This document shows positions 17,146-26,346 of a DNA stretch of 64,000 nucleotides, one piece after another. The notes under the pieces were generated by a model. The model searched no databases and had not been told where the DNA came from. It was given only the letters and a program-made list of their open reading frames with translations. A program made the position numbers and the translations under genes. Within the stretch, counting starts at the first letter, position 1. Each line of letters begins with the position of its first letter. The DNA is from Myxococcales bacterium (GTDB lineage: Bacteria; Myxococcota; Myxococcia; Myxococcales; JAKAPL01), in assembly GCA_021783235.1 (NCBI GenBank), contig JAJXUD010000013.1:6182-70181 (forward strand), in the 5' to 3' direction.

Positions 17146-18804
17146 TCACTGCGCGGTCGGCTGCGGACAGATCGCGACTCCCGCCGTCGCGTCGCAGCCA
17201 GGCGAATCCCCATGACAACAGACATCGCTCGCGACCCGCGGCGCGATCTCCCACATCGGGTCGGAGGCCCGCACCTGCACGAGCATCCCGACCACGTCGA
17301 CGACCATCCCAGGCTTCGCTTGCGGCACGAGGCCGGGGACGCCGCTGCGCGTCTCGAACGAGAGCTTCCACGGCGGGTGCTGCCCGCCGTTCGACAGGTT
17401 CTGCCCGGGGAACGAGGCCGCGTACTGCCCGTAGCCCGCGAACTCGGACTGCTCGGTGCAGCCGAGGAGCGAGTCGCAGTACTCGCGGCAGAGGCAGGCG
17501 TTCTGGCAGTGGCCGTCGATGCAGGCCTCCTGGTCCAGGGCCGAGCAGTCCGAGCTGCTTTCGCAACGCCGGGCGCACTCGTTGGCGACGCAGTCCGATC
17601 CCTCGGGGCAGTGGGCGATGGCCGCGCCGATCTCGCCGCAGAAGCTGCCGCTCGTCTGGGGCAGGCAGCCAGAGGCCTTGCGGTAGGGGACCTTTCCCGT
17701 CCCCGTCAGGTCGCAGTTCAAGAAGCGGCTCGGCAGCGTGACGTCGTGCGCCACCACGAGCCCCGACTCGAGCGACTCGAGCTGGAGGTTGTCGGTGCCG
17801 GGCGCGCAGAGGTACTGATCCGCGAGGTGGTCGCCGGGCGTCCCGATGGCGCACCAGGCCGGATCGATGGCCACCGGTGGCGGGACGTCCTGGGGATGGG
17901 GGTCGGCGTATTGGGGATCCGGGTTCTTCGTCCAGGCCGGGAAGTCCATCTGCGTGTCGCCGACGAACTCCCCGAGGTTGCCCGAGAGGGCGACGAGCCG
18001 GTCGCCGACGAAGAGGTCGGGGGCGTCGTAGTTGTAGACGAAGAGGTAGGCCCAACTGCCCGGGAGGTCGTCCTTGAAGGTGTCCGGGTCGAATCCGGGC
18101 ATCGGCTTACCGCTGGTGGGGTCGTAGCTGTTGCGGTCCATCACGTAGAAGCCGTCGCTCTGGACCGCGGTCACGATGAGGTCCATCGAGTAGACCTGCG
18201 AGGGATCGCAGCCGCCGTCCGACTGCGGCGCGATGCAGCGGGTCTTCGACTGGTCGACGTTCACGTAGTTGCCCATCAGCGGCGACTTCGTGTTGTCGGA
18301 CGTGATCTGTAGATCCGAGAGAAGCGGATAGCCGTAGTGGATCGGCGGGTCGCTCACGCCGGTGGCGTAGTTGCCGAGGGCCGCGCCCGCGTCGGCCCCG
18401 CCCACGGGCCGGCTCTCCACCCAGACCACCGTGTCGCCGAACGGGTGCTGGGCCCAGAGGGTCCCGCTCGCCTTGCCATTCGTGAACTGGATCTGCGGCT
18501 CCTGATCCGGAGTCGTCGCGACCGTGTTTCCGGCCATCACCTGCCCGGGCGTGACGTAGACATAGGCCTTCCCGTTGAACGAGTTGTCGAAGTTCCCGAG
18601 CTCGTCCACCGCCTTGGCGGTCACCGAGATCTCCACCGGGTCGGTCGGGAACTGACCCACCATGCCGCTCAGATCCTCGGCGGTCACCTGGAAGCTGTTC
18701 AGCCCGTTCTGGAGCGGGGTATGGGCGTCGCAGCCCGCCGCAAAGACGAACCCGAGCGCAGCCGCGACGGACGGGACGATTCGCCTATTGCGTGGATTCG
18801 ACAA
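17146..18804 (-). CDS. lipoprotein with OB-fold-like central module and Cys-rich C-terminus
   Basis: ORF 17146..18804(-), 552 aa. The TTG start is preceded by AGGAGGA at 8 nt. The lipobox is GFVFAAG-C. A central block reads LIVTAVQSDGFYVMD...AYLFVYNYDAPDLFVGDRLVALSGNLGEFVGDTQMDF. Confidence 0.65.
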   Translation of the reverse strand: MSNPRNRRIVPSVAAALGFVFAAGCDAHTPLQNGLNSFQVTAEDLSGMVGQFPTDPVEISVTAKAVDELGNFDNSFNGKAYVYVTPGQVMAGNTVATTPDQEPQIQFTNGKASGTLWAQHPFGDTVVWVESRPVGGADAGAALGNYATGVSDPPIHYGYPLLSDLQITSDNTKSPLMGNYVNVDQSKTRCIAPQSDGGCDPSQVYSMDLIVTAVQSDGFYVMDRNSYDPTSGKPMPGFDPDTFKDDLPGSWAYLFVYNYDAPDLFVGDRLVALSGNLGEFVGDTQMDFPAWTKNPDPQYADPHPQDVPPPVAIDPAWCAIGTPGDHLADQYLCAPGTDNLQLESLESGLVVAHDVTLPSRFLNCDLTGTGKVPYRKASGCLPQTSGSFCGEIGAAIAHCPEGSDCVANECARRCESSSDCSALDQEACIDGHCQNACLCREYCDSLLGCTEQSEFAGYGQYAASFPGQNLSNGGQHPPWKLSFETRSGVPGLVPQAKPGMVVDVVGMLVQVRASDPMWEIAPRVASDVCCHGDSPGCDATAGVAICPQPTAQ

Positions 18805-21625
18805 TGCGTCCGTCCTCCTGGGCCGTCACCACCGAGATGTTCGTCGGGTTCTTGCAGAACTCGATCACCTGCGGCGTCACGTGGCCGCAGTTGGGATCGG
18901 GGTCCTGCTGGGATGCGAGCGCCTGGCGGCACTCGCAGGAGCCCTCCCAGACACCGGTGGGCGCCCCGGCGAGCCGCTCCGGATGATCCGCGATCGCCTG
19001 GTCCACCGACTCGTGGAGATCCGAGGCCATCTGGTTCAGGTAGCTCTCGAAGGTCGTCGCGGCGTTGCAGTAGGTCACGGCGGCGGGGTCGATCTGCACC
19101 TGGTCGGTGCCGGGCACCTTGAGGCGCGCGCAGGCGGGGTCGCCCGCGAGGATCCGGTCGCAGTGGCAGTATTTGTCGCGCAGGTACTCGATGAGGCTGT
19201 CGCGCATCGAGACGCCGGTGAAGGTCTTGCTCGTGTTGAACTGGAGGACCCGGTAGCCGCTCCCGCCCGCCGCGATGTAGTCGTTGACGCAGCCCTTGTA
19301 CTGAGCCGAGAGGTCCAGGTCCTCGCCGTTCACCTTGATGTTGTGCGCGCTCCAGGCGTAGCAGCGCCCCTGCACGCACTCGCAGCCGGTGTTCGGGCCG
19401 GCGGACGGCGTCTCGTCCCCAGAGCAGGTCTGCGCGTACCAGGAGGCGCTCGGGCTCCCCGGGTACTGGTTCGCGGCGTTGACGCAGTCGCTCGTCTGCT
19501 GGCAGCTCGGCACGCACGGCTCGGGCCGATCGCCGTTCGGCAGGATCTGGTCACAGGAGGGGGCGGTGTTCCGAATCACGCGGCCGCAGTCCTGCACGAA
19601 GGAGAGCCCGGCCACCTGGGCCTGCGCCTGGCAGCCGCGCGACCCCGAGACGTCGGTGACGAAGTCGAGCATGTCCTGGATCTCGTGGCCCGAGAGGTAC
19701 TGGACCACGAGCGTGTTCTCGAACGGGAAGACGTTGAACATGGCCTCGAGGTAGATGGGGCCGTGGTAGATGTCGTCGCGGATGCCGAGCGTGTTCGTGA
19801 GGCCGAACTCGGCGTTGACCGACTGGTAGTCGCGCATCGACTCGCTGATCAGGTTTCCGAGCTGCGAGTCGCCGCCGATGCTTCCCGTCTGCGAGGTGTC
19901 GGCCGTCTGGTTGTTCTCCTCGCCGGTCCCCTTCGAGAAGCGCAGGATGTCGTTCGGGGTGTACGCGAAGATGCGGGGCAGCTCGAGCGAGGTATTGAGC
20001 CCCTCCGTGTAGGGCAGGAGCAGCTCGAGCGTCTCCGGATCCTCCTCTTGCAGGCACTGGTCCCGGCCTGCGGCGAGCGTCTCGACGTAGGTCTGCCAAG
20101 CGTTCGGATCGTATGGGTTGCGGTCCGGGCGCGGGTTCAGACACCAGAGCGCGTCGATGGGCAGCGGCAGGTAGTCGTGCGCGACGATCTCGGCGCCAAC
20201 CGCCTGCCGCAGGGTCCATTGCTGATCGGTCAGCCCCGCCGGCTTGTCCTTGGGCGGCATCCGAACGACGAGGTCGAGCCGCCCGAGGTACTTCGCGAAG
20301 GCCCCGCTGTGCTGGATGAGGACCTGCCGCGGGTTCTGGTCCCAGGTGTCGGTGTTCGGCACGGCGCCGAAGACGTCGCTGCCGTCGCGGTTGCGGTGGT
20401 AGCTGCCGTCGGGCCAGAGGCCGGCGCTGTAGCAGCCGGTCTTCGAGGCGTCGGCGGCGTCGGTGTAGAGGCCGCTGCCGCTCGGGCAGCTGCCACTCGG
20501 CGTTTCGTCGATGCGAAGCGCGGGCTGCCGCTGCACGACGAGCTCGGTCATCGACGCGGTGGGGTCGAGCACCACGTGGATGTGGCCGCCCATGATGAAG
20601 TCGATGTTCTGAACGGGCGGGATGAAGACGTGAACACGCCGGTTCGGGTTGATCTTCGAGACATCCACCGTCGCGTCGGTGGGGCACGAGCCGTCGGCGT
20701 TCAGCTTCTCGCCGGGGTTCAGCTGGCAGGAGTTGTCGTCCTCGCTCGGGTTGCGGGGCGGCAGCACGTCCATGAGCATCCAGGGGGCGTCGGCCCGCTC
20801 GAGGAACGGCTTCGCGCTCGCGTAGGGGTAGACGTCGTCGTACCCCGTCACCAGCGTCTGGTCCTGGGTGAGCCCCTGGTGCGAGACGATCCCGATGAGG
20901 TCGGTCATGGGCGCCAGGAGCGCGACGTACTGGCGGACGGTCTCGTTCTGCTCGAGCGCGATGGCGTCGAGCGCGTTGCCGCCCTGGGTGATCGTGGAGA
21001 GGGCGTCGATGTTGCCGAGGCCGATGATGCCGACCCGCAGCCCGTCTTTGTTGACGATCGTGAACGGGTGCACGATCTCCCCGAGCATCGTGTGGGTCGG
21101 ATCGCGGAAGTCCGCGAAGTCGTAGTTCGCGGCGAGCAGCGGGTAGTTCACCCACATCTTCGCCTGCTCGGCGAAGTTCAGGGCGCCGTGGTCGTACTCG
21201 TGGTTGCCGACCGCCGAGGCGTCGGGGTGCATGAGCGAGATGAAGCGGAACTCAGGCTCCCCGTTGTTCTCGTTGAAGAGCGGCGCCCCCTCGAAGCAGT
21301 CGCCCGAGTCGAGCAGTAGGGAGCGCGAGGTGCTCTGCAACTGCGACAGGTAGAGCGCTCGGATGCGGGCCGCGCCGCCGAAGGGGTAGGCCTCGGGGAA
21401 GAGGCCGAGCCCCCGGTCCGTCGTGTTGACGGCGATGTCGTAGGGCAAGAGCCGCGAGTGGATGTCGGCCGTGTGGAAGATCGTGAGCCGGATGTCCTGC
21501 CCCGCGAGATCCGGCTGGTCGGCGCTCACGGTGCAGCTGGCCAGCGCGGCGGCGGACGCCAGGGCAGCCCAAAATGACCGCGGGCGGCGGGCCTGGAGTG
21601 TCGGGGGACAGCGGGAACGGCGCAT
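18785..21625 (-). CDS. lipoprotein metallophosphoesterase / 5'-nucleotidase family (UshA-like), enlarged
   Basis: ORF 18785..21625(-), 946 aa, with lipobox AALAS-C. Calcineurin-type motifs are FHTADIHSRL, DSGDCFEG and GNHEYD. The 5'-nucleotidase C-domain-like block is QLGNLISESMRD...GPIYLEAMFNVFPFENTLVV. There are large insertions and a Cys-rich tail. Confidence 0.75.
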   Translation of the reverse strand: MRRSRCPPTLQARRPRSFWAALASAAALASCTVSADQPDLAGQDIRLTIFHTADIHSRLLPYDIAVNTTDRGLGLFPEAYPFGGAARIRALYLSQLQSTSRSLLLDSGDCFEGAPLFNENNGEPEFRFISLMHPDASAVGNHEYDHGALNFAEQAKMWVNYPLLAANYDFADFRDPTHTMLGEIVHPFTIVNKDGLRVGIIGLGNIDALSTITQGGNALDAIALEQNETVRQYVALLAPMTDLIGIVSHQGLTQDQTLVTGYDDVYPYASAKPFLERADAPWMLMDVLPPRNPSEDDNSCQLNPGEKLNADGSCPTDATVDVSKINPNRRVHVFIPPVQNIDFIMGGHIHVVLDPTASMTELVVQRQPALRIDETPSGSCPSGSGLYTDAADASKTGCYSAGLWPDGSYHRNRDGSDVFGAVPNTDTWDQNPRQVLIQHSGAFAKYLGRLDLVVRMPPKDKPAGLTDQQWTLRQAVGAEIVAHDYLPLPIDALWCLNPRPDRNPYDPNAWQTYVETLAAGRDQCLQEEDPETLELLLPYTEGLNTSLELPRIFAYTPNDILRFSKGTGEENNQTADTSQTGSIGGDSQLGNLISESMRDYQSVNAEFGLTNTLGIRDDIYHGPIYLEAMFNVFPFENTLVVQYLSGHEIQDMLDFVTDVSGSRGCQAQAQVAGLSFVQDCGRVIRNTAPSCDQILPNGDRPEPCVPSCQQTSDCVNAANQYPGSPSASWYAQTCSGDETPSAGPNTGCECVQGRCYAWSAHNIKVNGEDLDLSAQYKGCVNDYIAAGGSGYRVLQFNTSKTFTGVSMRDSLIEYLRDKYCHCDRILAGDPACARLKVPGTDQVQIDPAAVTYCNAATTFESYLNQMASDLHESVDQAIADHPERLAGAPTGVWEGSCECRQALASQQDPDPNCGHVTPQVIEFCKNPTNISVVTAQEDGRIVESTQ

Positions 21626-21685
21626 GCCGAGAGGTCCTCTGGGAGCTTTCGGCGGCCGCTCCGTTTCCAGGGTTCCGGGTCGCGC

Positions 21686-21714
21686 TTTTTAGACAGTCAC
21701 GAGAGCACTGTCAA
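21686..21714 (-). promoter_or_regulatory. candidate sigma70-type promoter for the phosphoesterase operon
   Basis: The minus strand reads TTGACA-N17-TAAAAA, about 55 nt upstream of ATG 21625. The -35 box and spacer coincide with an inverted repeat (see findings). Confidence 0.4.
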
Positions 21715-21783
21715 GCGGCCCCTCCGTGACGTGATCGAGCGGCTGGCCGCTCGGCCGGAAGGAAAAGACGAGGGCCCGCCCGC

Positions 21784-21812
21784 TTGACGGCCGAGCGTCG
21801 GATCATTAGCAT
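21784..21812 (+). promoter_or_regulatory. candidate sigma70-type promoter for the 21857 operon
   Basis: TTGACG-N17-TAGCAT, ending 45 nt upstream of ATG 21857. Confidence 0.3.
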
Positions 21813-21856
21813 CGGCGGCTTCACGCCACCCCACCTTCTCCTTCCAAAGCCCGCCC

Positions 21857-22408
21857 ATGATCCGCTCGACCCGATTCTTGCTCGCCGCGCTCGGCGCCAC
21901 GCTCGCCCTCCTCCCGCTCTCCGCGCGGGCCATCGTCATGCAGGGACTCTCGCTCGAGGAACTGACCCGGCGCGCGGACCTCGTCGTCCACGGCGAGGTC
22001 CTCGCACAGTCGGTCCGCAAGGAGGGCAAGAACCTCTGGACGACCACCCGGCTGCGGGTCATCGACACGCTCAAGGGCTCGGCCCCCGGCGCGACGCTCG
22101 GCTTCGACCAACTCGGCGGCAGCCTGGACGGCCGGACCGTTCGGATCGCGGGCGACGCCAGCTTCGCCCCCGGCGAGGAGGTCGTCGTCTTCCTCGCGCG
22201 GACGCCCGAGGGGCTCGTGCTCTACGGCTTCAGCCAGGGCAAGTTCGTCGTGGCCTTCGACCCGGTGGCAAACGCGCCGCTCGTGACGCGCGACCTCTCG
22301 GAGGCGACGCTCGTCACCCCGCGCGGCCAGGCCCCGGCCCGGCAATGGGCGGCCCCCACCCTGGACGACTTCCGCGCCGAGATCCGCGCCTTCGCGAACG
22401 CCCGCTAG
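21857..22408 (+). CDS. small secreted protein, unknown family
   Basis: ORF 21857..22408(+), 183 aa. The signal peptide is LLAALGATLALLPLSARA. The rest is mostly beta-strand pattern: ADLVVHGEVLAQSV...TTTRLRVIDTLKG...GEEVVVFLAR...GKFVV. Confidence 0.6.
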   Translation: MIRSTRFLLAALGATLALLPLSARAIVMQGLSLEELTRRADLVVHGEVLAQSVRKEGKNLWTTTRLRVIDTLKGSAPGATLGFDQLGGSLDGRTVRIAGDASFAPGEEVVVFLARTPEGLVLYGFSQGKFVVAFDPVANAPLVTRDLSEATLVTPRGQAPARQWAAPTLDDFRAEIRAFANAR

Positions 22409-22429
22409 CCTTCCTCCCCGAGAGTTCCC

Positions 22430-24511
22430 ATGACCCGCCGCCTCGCCCTCCTCTCCCTCCCCTTCGCCGCCGCCTTCGCCGCCGGGCAAGCCCACGCCAC
22501 CGCCTGCTCCGGAGCGACGAACCTCTGCACCATCTGCGGCGACAACGTCACCACCTGCACCGTCCAGCAGGCGCCGTGGCACTACGACCTCGCCTCCTGG
22601 CAGTACCAGCAGCAGGTCTACACGGCCTTCGGAGTCTGGGGCACCGACAAGAAGGCGCCGGGCTATTCGCCGGTCGCCTGCTCGAGCCTCGGGACCGTCC
22701 AGGACAGCGTCGATTCGAACCCGGGCGCCGCGTACGCGGGCGACGGCAAGAACACCATCGGCGTCAACGTGACGGCGCAAGGGCAGCAGTACTGCTACCT
22801 GAACCCGGCCTCCTGCCAGGGCGGGGCCACCCAGGGCATCGGCGTCGGCGTCGCCGTCCCCTCCATCGTGGGAGGCCAGGTCCAGGAGTGCGACGTCTAC
22901 TTCAACTCGGTCGACTACCAGTTCGCCGATCTCATCGGCAACCCGTCCTCGAACAACGGTAGCAACATCGACGTCGAGACCGTGGCGAACCAGGAGGTCG
23001 GCCACTGCTTCGGCCTCGACCACTACCTCGACGACCAGAAGGCCGTGATGTACCCGTACGTCTCGCCGGGCGACACGCGCCCGACTCTCGAGCCGCACGA
23101 CCTCAACAACATCTGCCAGCTCTACCCGGTCCCGGGCGCCCTCGGCGGCCCCTGCACGGGCGGCTGCGGCAACGGCCTCAGCTGCGTCACCGACCCCGGC
23201 AACCAGTCGCAGTATTGCTCGCAGAGCTGTAGCGCCCCGGGCGCCACCGGCTGCCCGACCGGCTACCGCTGCGCGGCGACCACGAGCCCCTCGGGCAACT
23301 ACTGCATCGCCGGCTCGTCGGCGGCAGGTGCGGCGCTCGGCACGCCCTGCACCGCGGACACGCAGTGCGGCGGCGCCACGTCGGTCTTCTGCCTCCAGCA
23401 GAGCTACCCCACGGACGGCGGCCCGCCCCAGAACACCGGCTTCTACGGCGGCTACTGCTCCTCCAGCTGCAACGCTCCGCTCGACGGCGGCGTCGGGGTG
23501 AACGGCTGCCCAACGGGGAGCCTCTGCGAGCCGACCAACGCGCAGAACACGAACCCCGCCCCAAACAGCTTCTGCCTCGAGGGCTGCGCCGGTTTCTTCC
23601 CAACGGCCTGCCAGCGCTCGGACAGCTCGACGAACCCCTACCAGTGCGAGCCTTTGAACCAGACCCAGGACTCACAGGGGAACGTCCTCTACGGCGATTT
23701 CGTCTGCCTGCCCGCCTGCCAGTCGGATACGGACTGCAACCAGGGCGGACAGCCGTACGTCTGCGACACGACGACCCACTCGTGCGTCATCACCTGCGCG
23801 GGTGATACGAACCCGCAGAACACGAGCCAGAACCTCTGCGTGGCGAGCGGCAGCTGCCCGAACCCAAGCGCCGCCTGCGGCTCGCCGAGCGGCCAGGTGG
23901 GCGCCGCCTGCGTTCAGGACAACGACTGCCCCGTCGGCGGCGGCTGCATGCTGGCCGCCTACGGCTACCCGGGCGGCTACTGCACCGTATTCAACTGCGG
24001 CCCGGCGCCAAGCCAGTGCGGCTCGAACGGCCACTGCCAGATCCTCGACGCGCAGACCAACTTTGGATACTGCGTCGCGAACTGCCAGACGAACGCCGAC
24101 TGCCGCGCGGGCTACCTCTGCACGCCCGCCAGCAGCGGGAGCGCGAGCTACTGCGCCCCCGCGCCCCCGGCGGACGGCGGCACGACGCCGGGCGGCTCGA
24201 CGACCTCTGGAGGCGGTAGCTCCACCTCCACCTCCGGTTCGGGCTCGGGATCTGGGTCTGGCTCGGGTTCCGGCTCGGGTTCCAACTCGAGCTCGAGCTC
24301 GGGTTCGGGCTCTGGCTCGGGTTCCGGCTCGTCGGGTTCCTCTGGCTCGGGGTCGGGCGGCACGAGCAGCGGCCCCACCCCCACGGGACCCACGCCGAAG
24401 CCGCTCGCGAACAGTGGCTGCGGCTGTACCAGCGGCGACCCCGCCGAGGGCATCCTCTGGCTCGGCTGGCTCCTCGGCCTGGGACTGCGCCGCTCGCGCC
24501 GCCGAAGCTGA
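22430..24511 (+). CDS. matrixin/metzincin-like domain protein with QExxHxxGxxH motif, Cys-rich repeats, Ser/Gly linker and MYXO-CTERM tail
   Basis: ORF 22430..24511(+), 693 aa, with a signal peptide. The M10-like core is ECDVYFNS...[26 protein letters not shown]...LNNICQLYP. About 330 aa of Cys-rich modules follow, then a (GS)n linker. The C-terminus is [31 protein letters not shown]. Confidence 0.75.
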   Translation: MTRRLALLSLPFAAAFAAGQAHATACSGATNLCTICGDNVTTCTVQQAPWHYDLASWQYQQQVYTAFGVWGTDKKAPGYSPVACSSLGTVQDSVDSNPGAAYAGDGKNTIGVNVTAQGQQYCYLNPASCQGGATQGIGVGVAVPSIVGGQVQECDVYFNSVDYQFADLIGNPSSNNGSNIDVETVANQEVGHCFGLDHYLDDQKAVMYPYVSPGDTRPTLEPHDLNNICQLYPVPGALGGPCTGGCGNGLSCVTDPGNQSQYCSQSCSAPGATGCPTGYRCAATTSPSGNYCIAGSSAAGAALGTPCTADTQCGGATSVFCLQQSYPTDGGPPQNTGFYGGYCSSSCNAPLDGGVGVNGCPTGSLCEPTNAQNTNPAPNSFCLEGCAGFFPTACQRSDSSTNPYQCEPLNQTQDSQGNVLYGDFVCLPACQSDTDCNQGGQPYVCDTTTHSCVITCAGDTNPQNTSQNLCVASGSCPNPSAACGSPSGQVGAACVQDNDCPVGGGCMLAAYGYPGGYCTVFNCGPAPSQCGSNGHCQILDAQTNFGYCVANCQTNADCRAGYLCTPASSGSASYCAPAPPADGGTTPGGSTTSGGGSSTSTSGSGSGSGSGSGSGSGSNSSSSSGSGSGSGSGSSGSSGSGSGGTSSGPTPTGPTPKPLANSGCGCTSGDPAEGILWLGWLLGLGLRRSRRRS
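24235..24357 (+). repeat. imperfect GGY/TCB tandem repeat encoding a Ser/Gly linker
   Basis: ggttcgggctcgggatctgggtctggctcgggttccggctcggg... encodes [37 protein letters not shown]. It lies just before the MYXO-CTERM tail. Confidence 0.8.
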
Positions 24512-24512
24512 C

Positions 24513-24536
24513 GGCGTCTTCAGCGCGTTGAACGCC
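24513..24536. terminator. weak hairpin between convergent genes
   Basis: GGCGTCTTCA-gcgcgt-TGAACGCC (imperfect) sits between the stop at 24511(+) and the hemD 3' end, which it overlaps. Confidence 0.3.
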
Positions 24537-25389
24537 TTCGCCGGGGCCGAGACGATCTCGGACGCGACGAAGCTCGTGCCTCGCGCGCGCCGCTCGGCTC
24601 GTCCGGCTCGTGCGGCGGCCCCGCGAGGCTCAGGAGCAGCGCCTCGACCCACGCCTCGAGCATCGGCTGCGCCGCGAGCCAGGGCTTGCCCAGCTCGAGC
24701 CGCTCACAGGCCTCCGCGGCCCCCTTCCCGAGGCAGACGAGCCTCGCCTGCCGAAGCGCGGAAGGCCCCTCGGGCCCAAGCAGCTCCAGAACGCCCTCCA
24801 CCGTTCGCCCCGAGCCGAAGAGCACGGCGTCGACCGCTCCCGACGCGAGCGCCCGCCGCGCCGGGGCGGGATCGACGCCGCCCGGGACAGACATCCGGTA
24901 GGCCGCCACCGCCGCCACCTCCAGCGCCCCCGCCTCCCGAAGCGCCGGGGCGAATTCCTCGCTGGCCCGCTCGGCCCGCGGCCAGAGGACGCGCCGCCCG
25001 CGGAGCTCCGGCGCGAGGGCCGCCACGAGCCCGAGGGCGTCGGGCCGCACGGGGACGATTGCCGGGGGCAGCCCCTCCGCCTCGAGGGCCCGCGCCGTCG
25101 CTCCGCCCACCGCAGCCACCCGCAGCCGCCCGAGCGAGATCCCTGCGAGCCGGGCGCGCAGGACCAGCGGGGCCACGGCGTTCTGGCTCGTGACCGTGAG
25201 AAAGTCGAATTCCGCGGCGCGGCGCAGAGCCGCGTCCAGCGGCCCGAAGTCCGCGGGCGGGCCCGGCTCGAGCCCGGGTAGACGAAGCGTCTCGGCACCG
25301 AGTGCCTCGAGCCGCTCCTCGAGCTCCCGGGCCTTCGGGGCCGCGCGGGTGACGAGGACCCGCCTCCCCTCGAGCGGCCGAGCGCCCAT
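24520..25389 (-). CDS. hemD: uroporphyrinogen-III synthase
   Basis: ORF 24520..25389(-), 289 aa. It begins RVLVTRAAPKARELEERLEALGAE and contains LTVTSQNAV and AVGGATARALEA. It abuts the hemC stop with 0 nt between. The last ~35 aa are a low-complexity tail. Confidence 0.8.
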   Translation of the reverse strand: MGARPLEGRRVLVTRAAPKARELEERLEALGAETLRLPGLEPGPPADFGPLDAALRRAAEFDFLTVTSQNAVAPLVLRARLAGISLGRLRVAAVGGATARALEAEGLPPAIVPVRPDALGLVAALAPELRGRRVLWPRAERASEEFAPALREAGALEVAAVAAYRMSVPGGVDPAPARRALASGAVDAVLFGSGRTVEGVLELLGPEGPSALRQARLVCLGKGAAEACERLELGKPWLAAQPMLEAWVEALLLSLAGPPHEPDEPSGAREARASSRPRSSRPRRRRSTR

Positions 25390-26343
25390 TCAGCCCGCCG
25401 GCGGCGAGCCCGTAGGGGCAGCGAGGAACCGGCCGCCCTCCGTCTCGAGGAGCCGCTCGGCCACCTCGCGGCCGAGCCGCTCGGCGCCGCCGGCGGGGCC
25501 CTCGCGCTCGACGCGGAAGAGGCGCGCGGTCTCGGGATCGCCCACCACGCCGACGAGCCGCAGCCGATCGCCGCGCAGCGTCGCGTGGCCGCCGAGCGGC
25601 ACGTGGCAACCGGCGCCCAGCCTGGCGAGGAGAGCCCGCTCCGCCGCGGCCTCCCGCTCGGCGCGCGCGTCGCCGAGCGGTGCGAGGAGCCGAGCGAGCC
25701 GCTCGTCGCCCGCGCGCCGCTCGAGGCCGAGGATCCCCTGGCCGACCGCGGGCACGAAGCCCTCGGCGTCGAGCGGCTCGGTCACCTTCTCCTCGAGGCC
25801 GAGCCGCCGCAGGCCGGCGAGCGCGAGCAGGACGCCGTCGAGGAGCGGCTCGCCGTGGGGCGCGGGGCCGAGCGCCTTCGCGAGCCGCGTCTGGACGTTG
25901 CCGCGGACCGGCACCACCTCGAGATCCGGACGCCGCGCCCGCAGCTGCGCGGCCCGCCGCAGGGAGGAGGTGCCGACGCGCGCGCCACGCGGCAACTCGG
26001 CGACGGTTCGCCCGGTTCGGCCGACGAGGGCGTCCCGCGGATCCTCCCGCGGCGGCGGCGAGGCGAGAGCCAGCCCCTCGGGCAGCTCCGCCGGTAGATC
26101 CTTCAAGCTGTGGACGGCGAGGTCGACCTCGCCACGTAGCAACGCGTCCTCGATCTCGCGGACGAAGAGCCCCTTGCCGCCGACCTGCGCGAGCGGCGCC
26201 TCGAGGAAGCGGTCGCCGCGGGTCTCCATCCGGACGAGCTCGACCGCGAGGCCGGGGTGGTGCGCGCAGAGGAGCGCGGCCACGTGCTCCGCCTGCCAGA
26301 GCGCCAGCGCGCTGCGCCGAGTGCCGATGCGGAGGGATGACAT
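25390..26343 (-). CDS. hemC: hydroxymethylbilane synthase (porphobilinogen deaminase)
   Basis: ORF 25390..26343(-), 317 aa. Blocks are LRIGTRRSALALWQAEHV, TRGD, GGKGLFVREIE, AVHSLKDLP and the cofactor Cys in LGAGCHVPLG. Confidence 0.9.
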   Translation of the reverse strand: MSSLRIGTRRSALALWQAEHVAALLCAHHPGLAVELVRMETRGDRFLEAPLAQVGGKGLFVREIEDALLRGEVDLAVHSLKDLPAELPEGLALASPPPREDPRDALVGRTGRTVAELPRGARVGTSSLRRAAQLRARRPDLEVVPVRGNVQTRLAKALGPAPHGEPLLDGVLLALAGLRRLGLEEKVTEPLDAEGFVPAVGQGILGLERRAGDERLARLLAPLGDARAEREAAAERALLARLGAGCHVPLGGHATLRGDRLRLVGVVGDPETARLFRVEREGPAGGAERLGREVAERLLETEGGRFLAAPTGSPPAG

Positions 26344-26346
26344 GGG

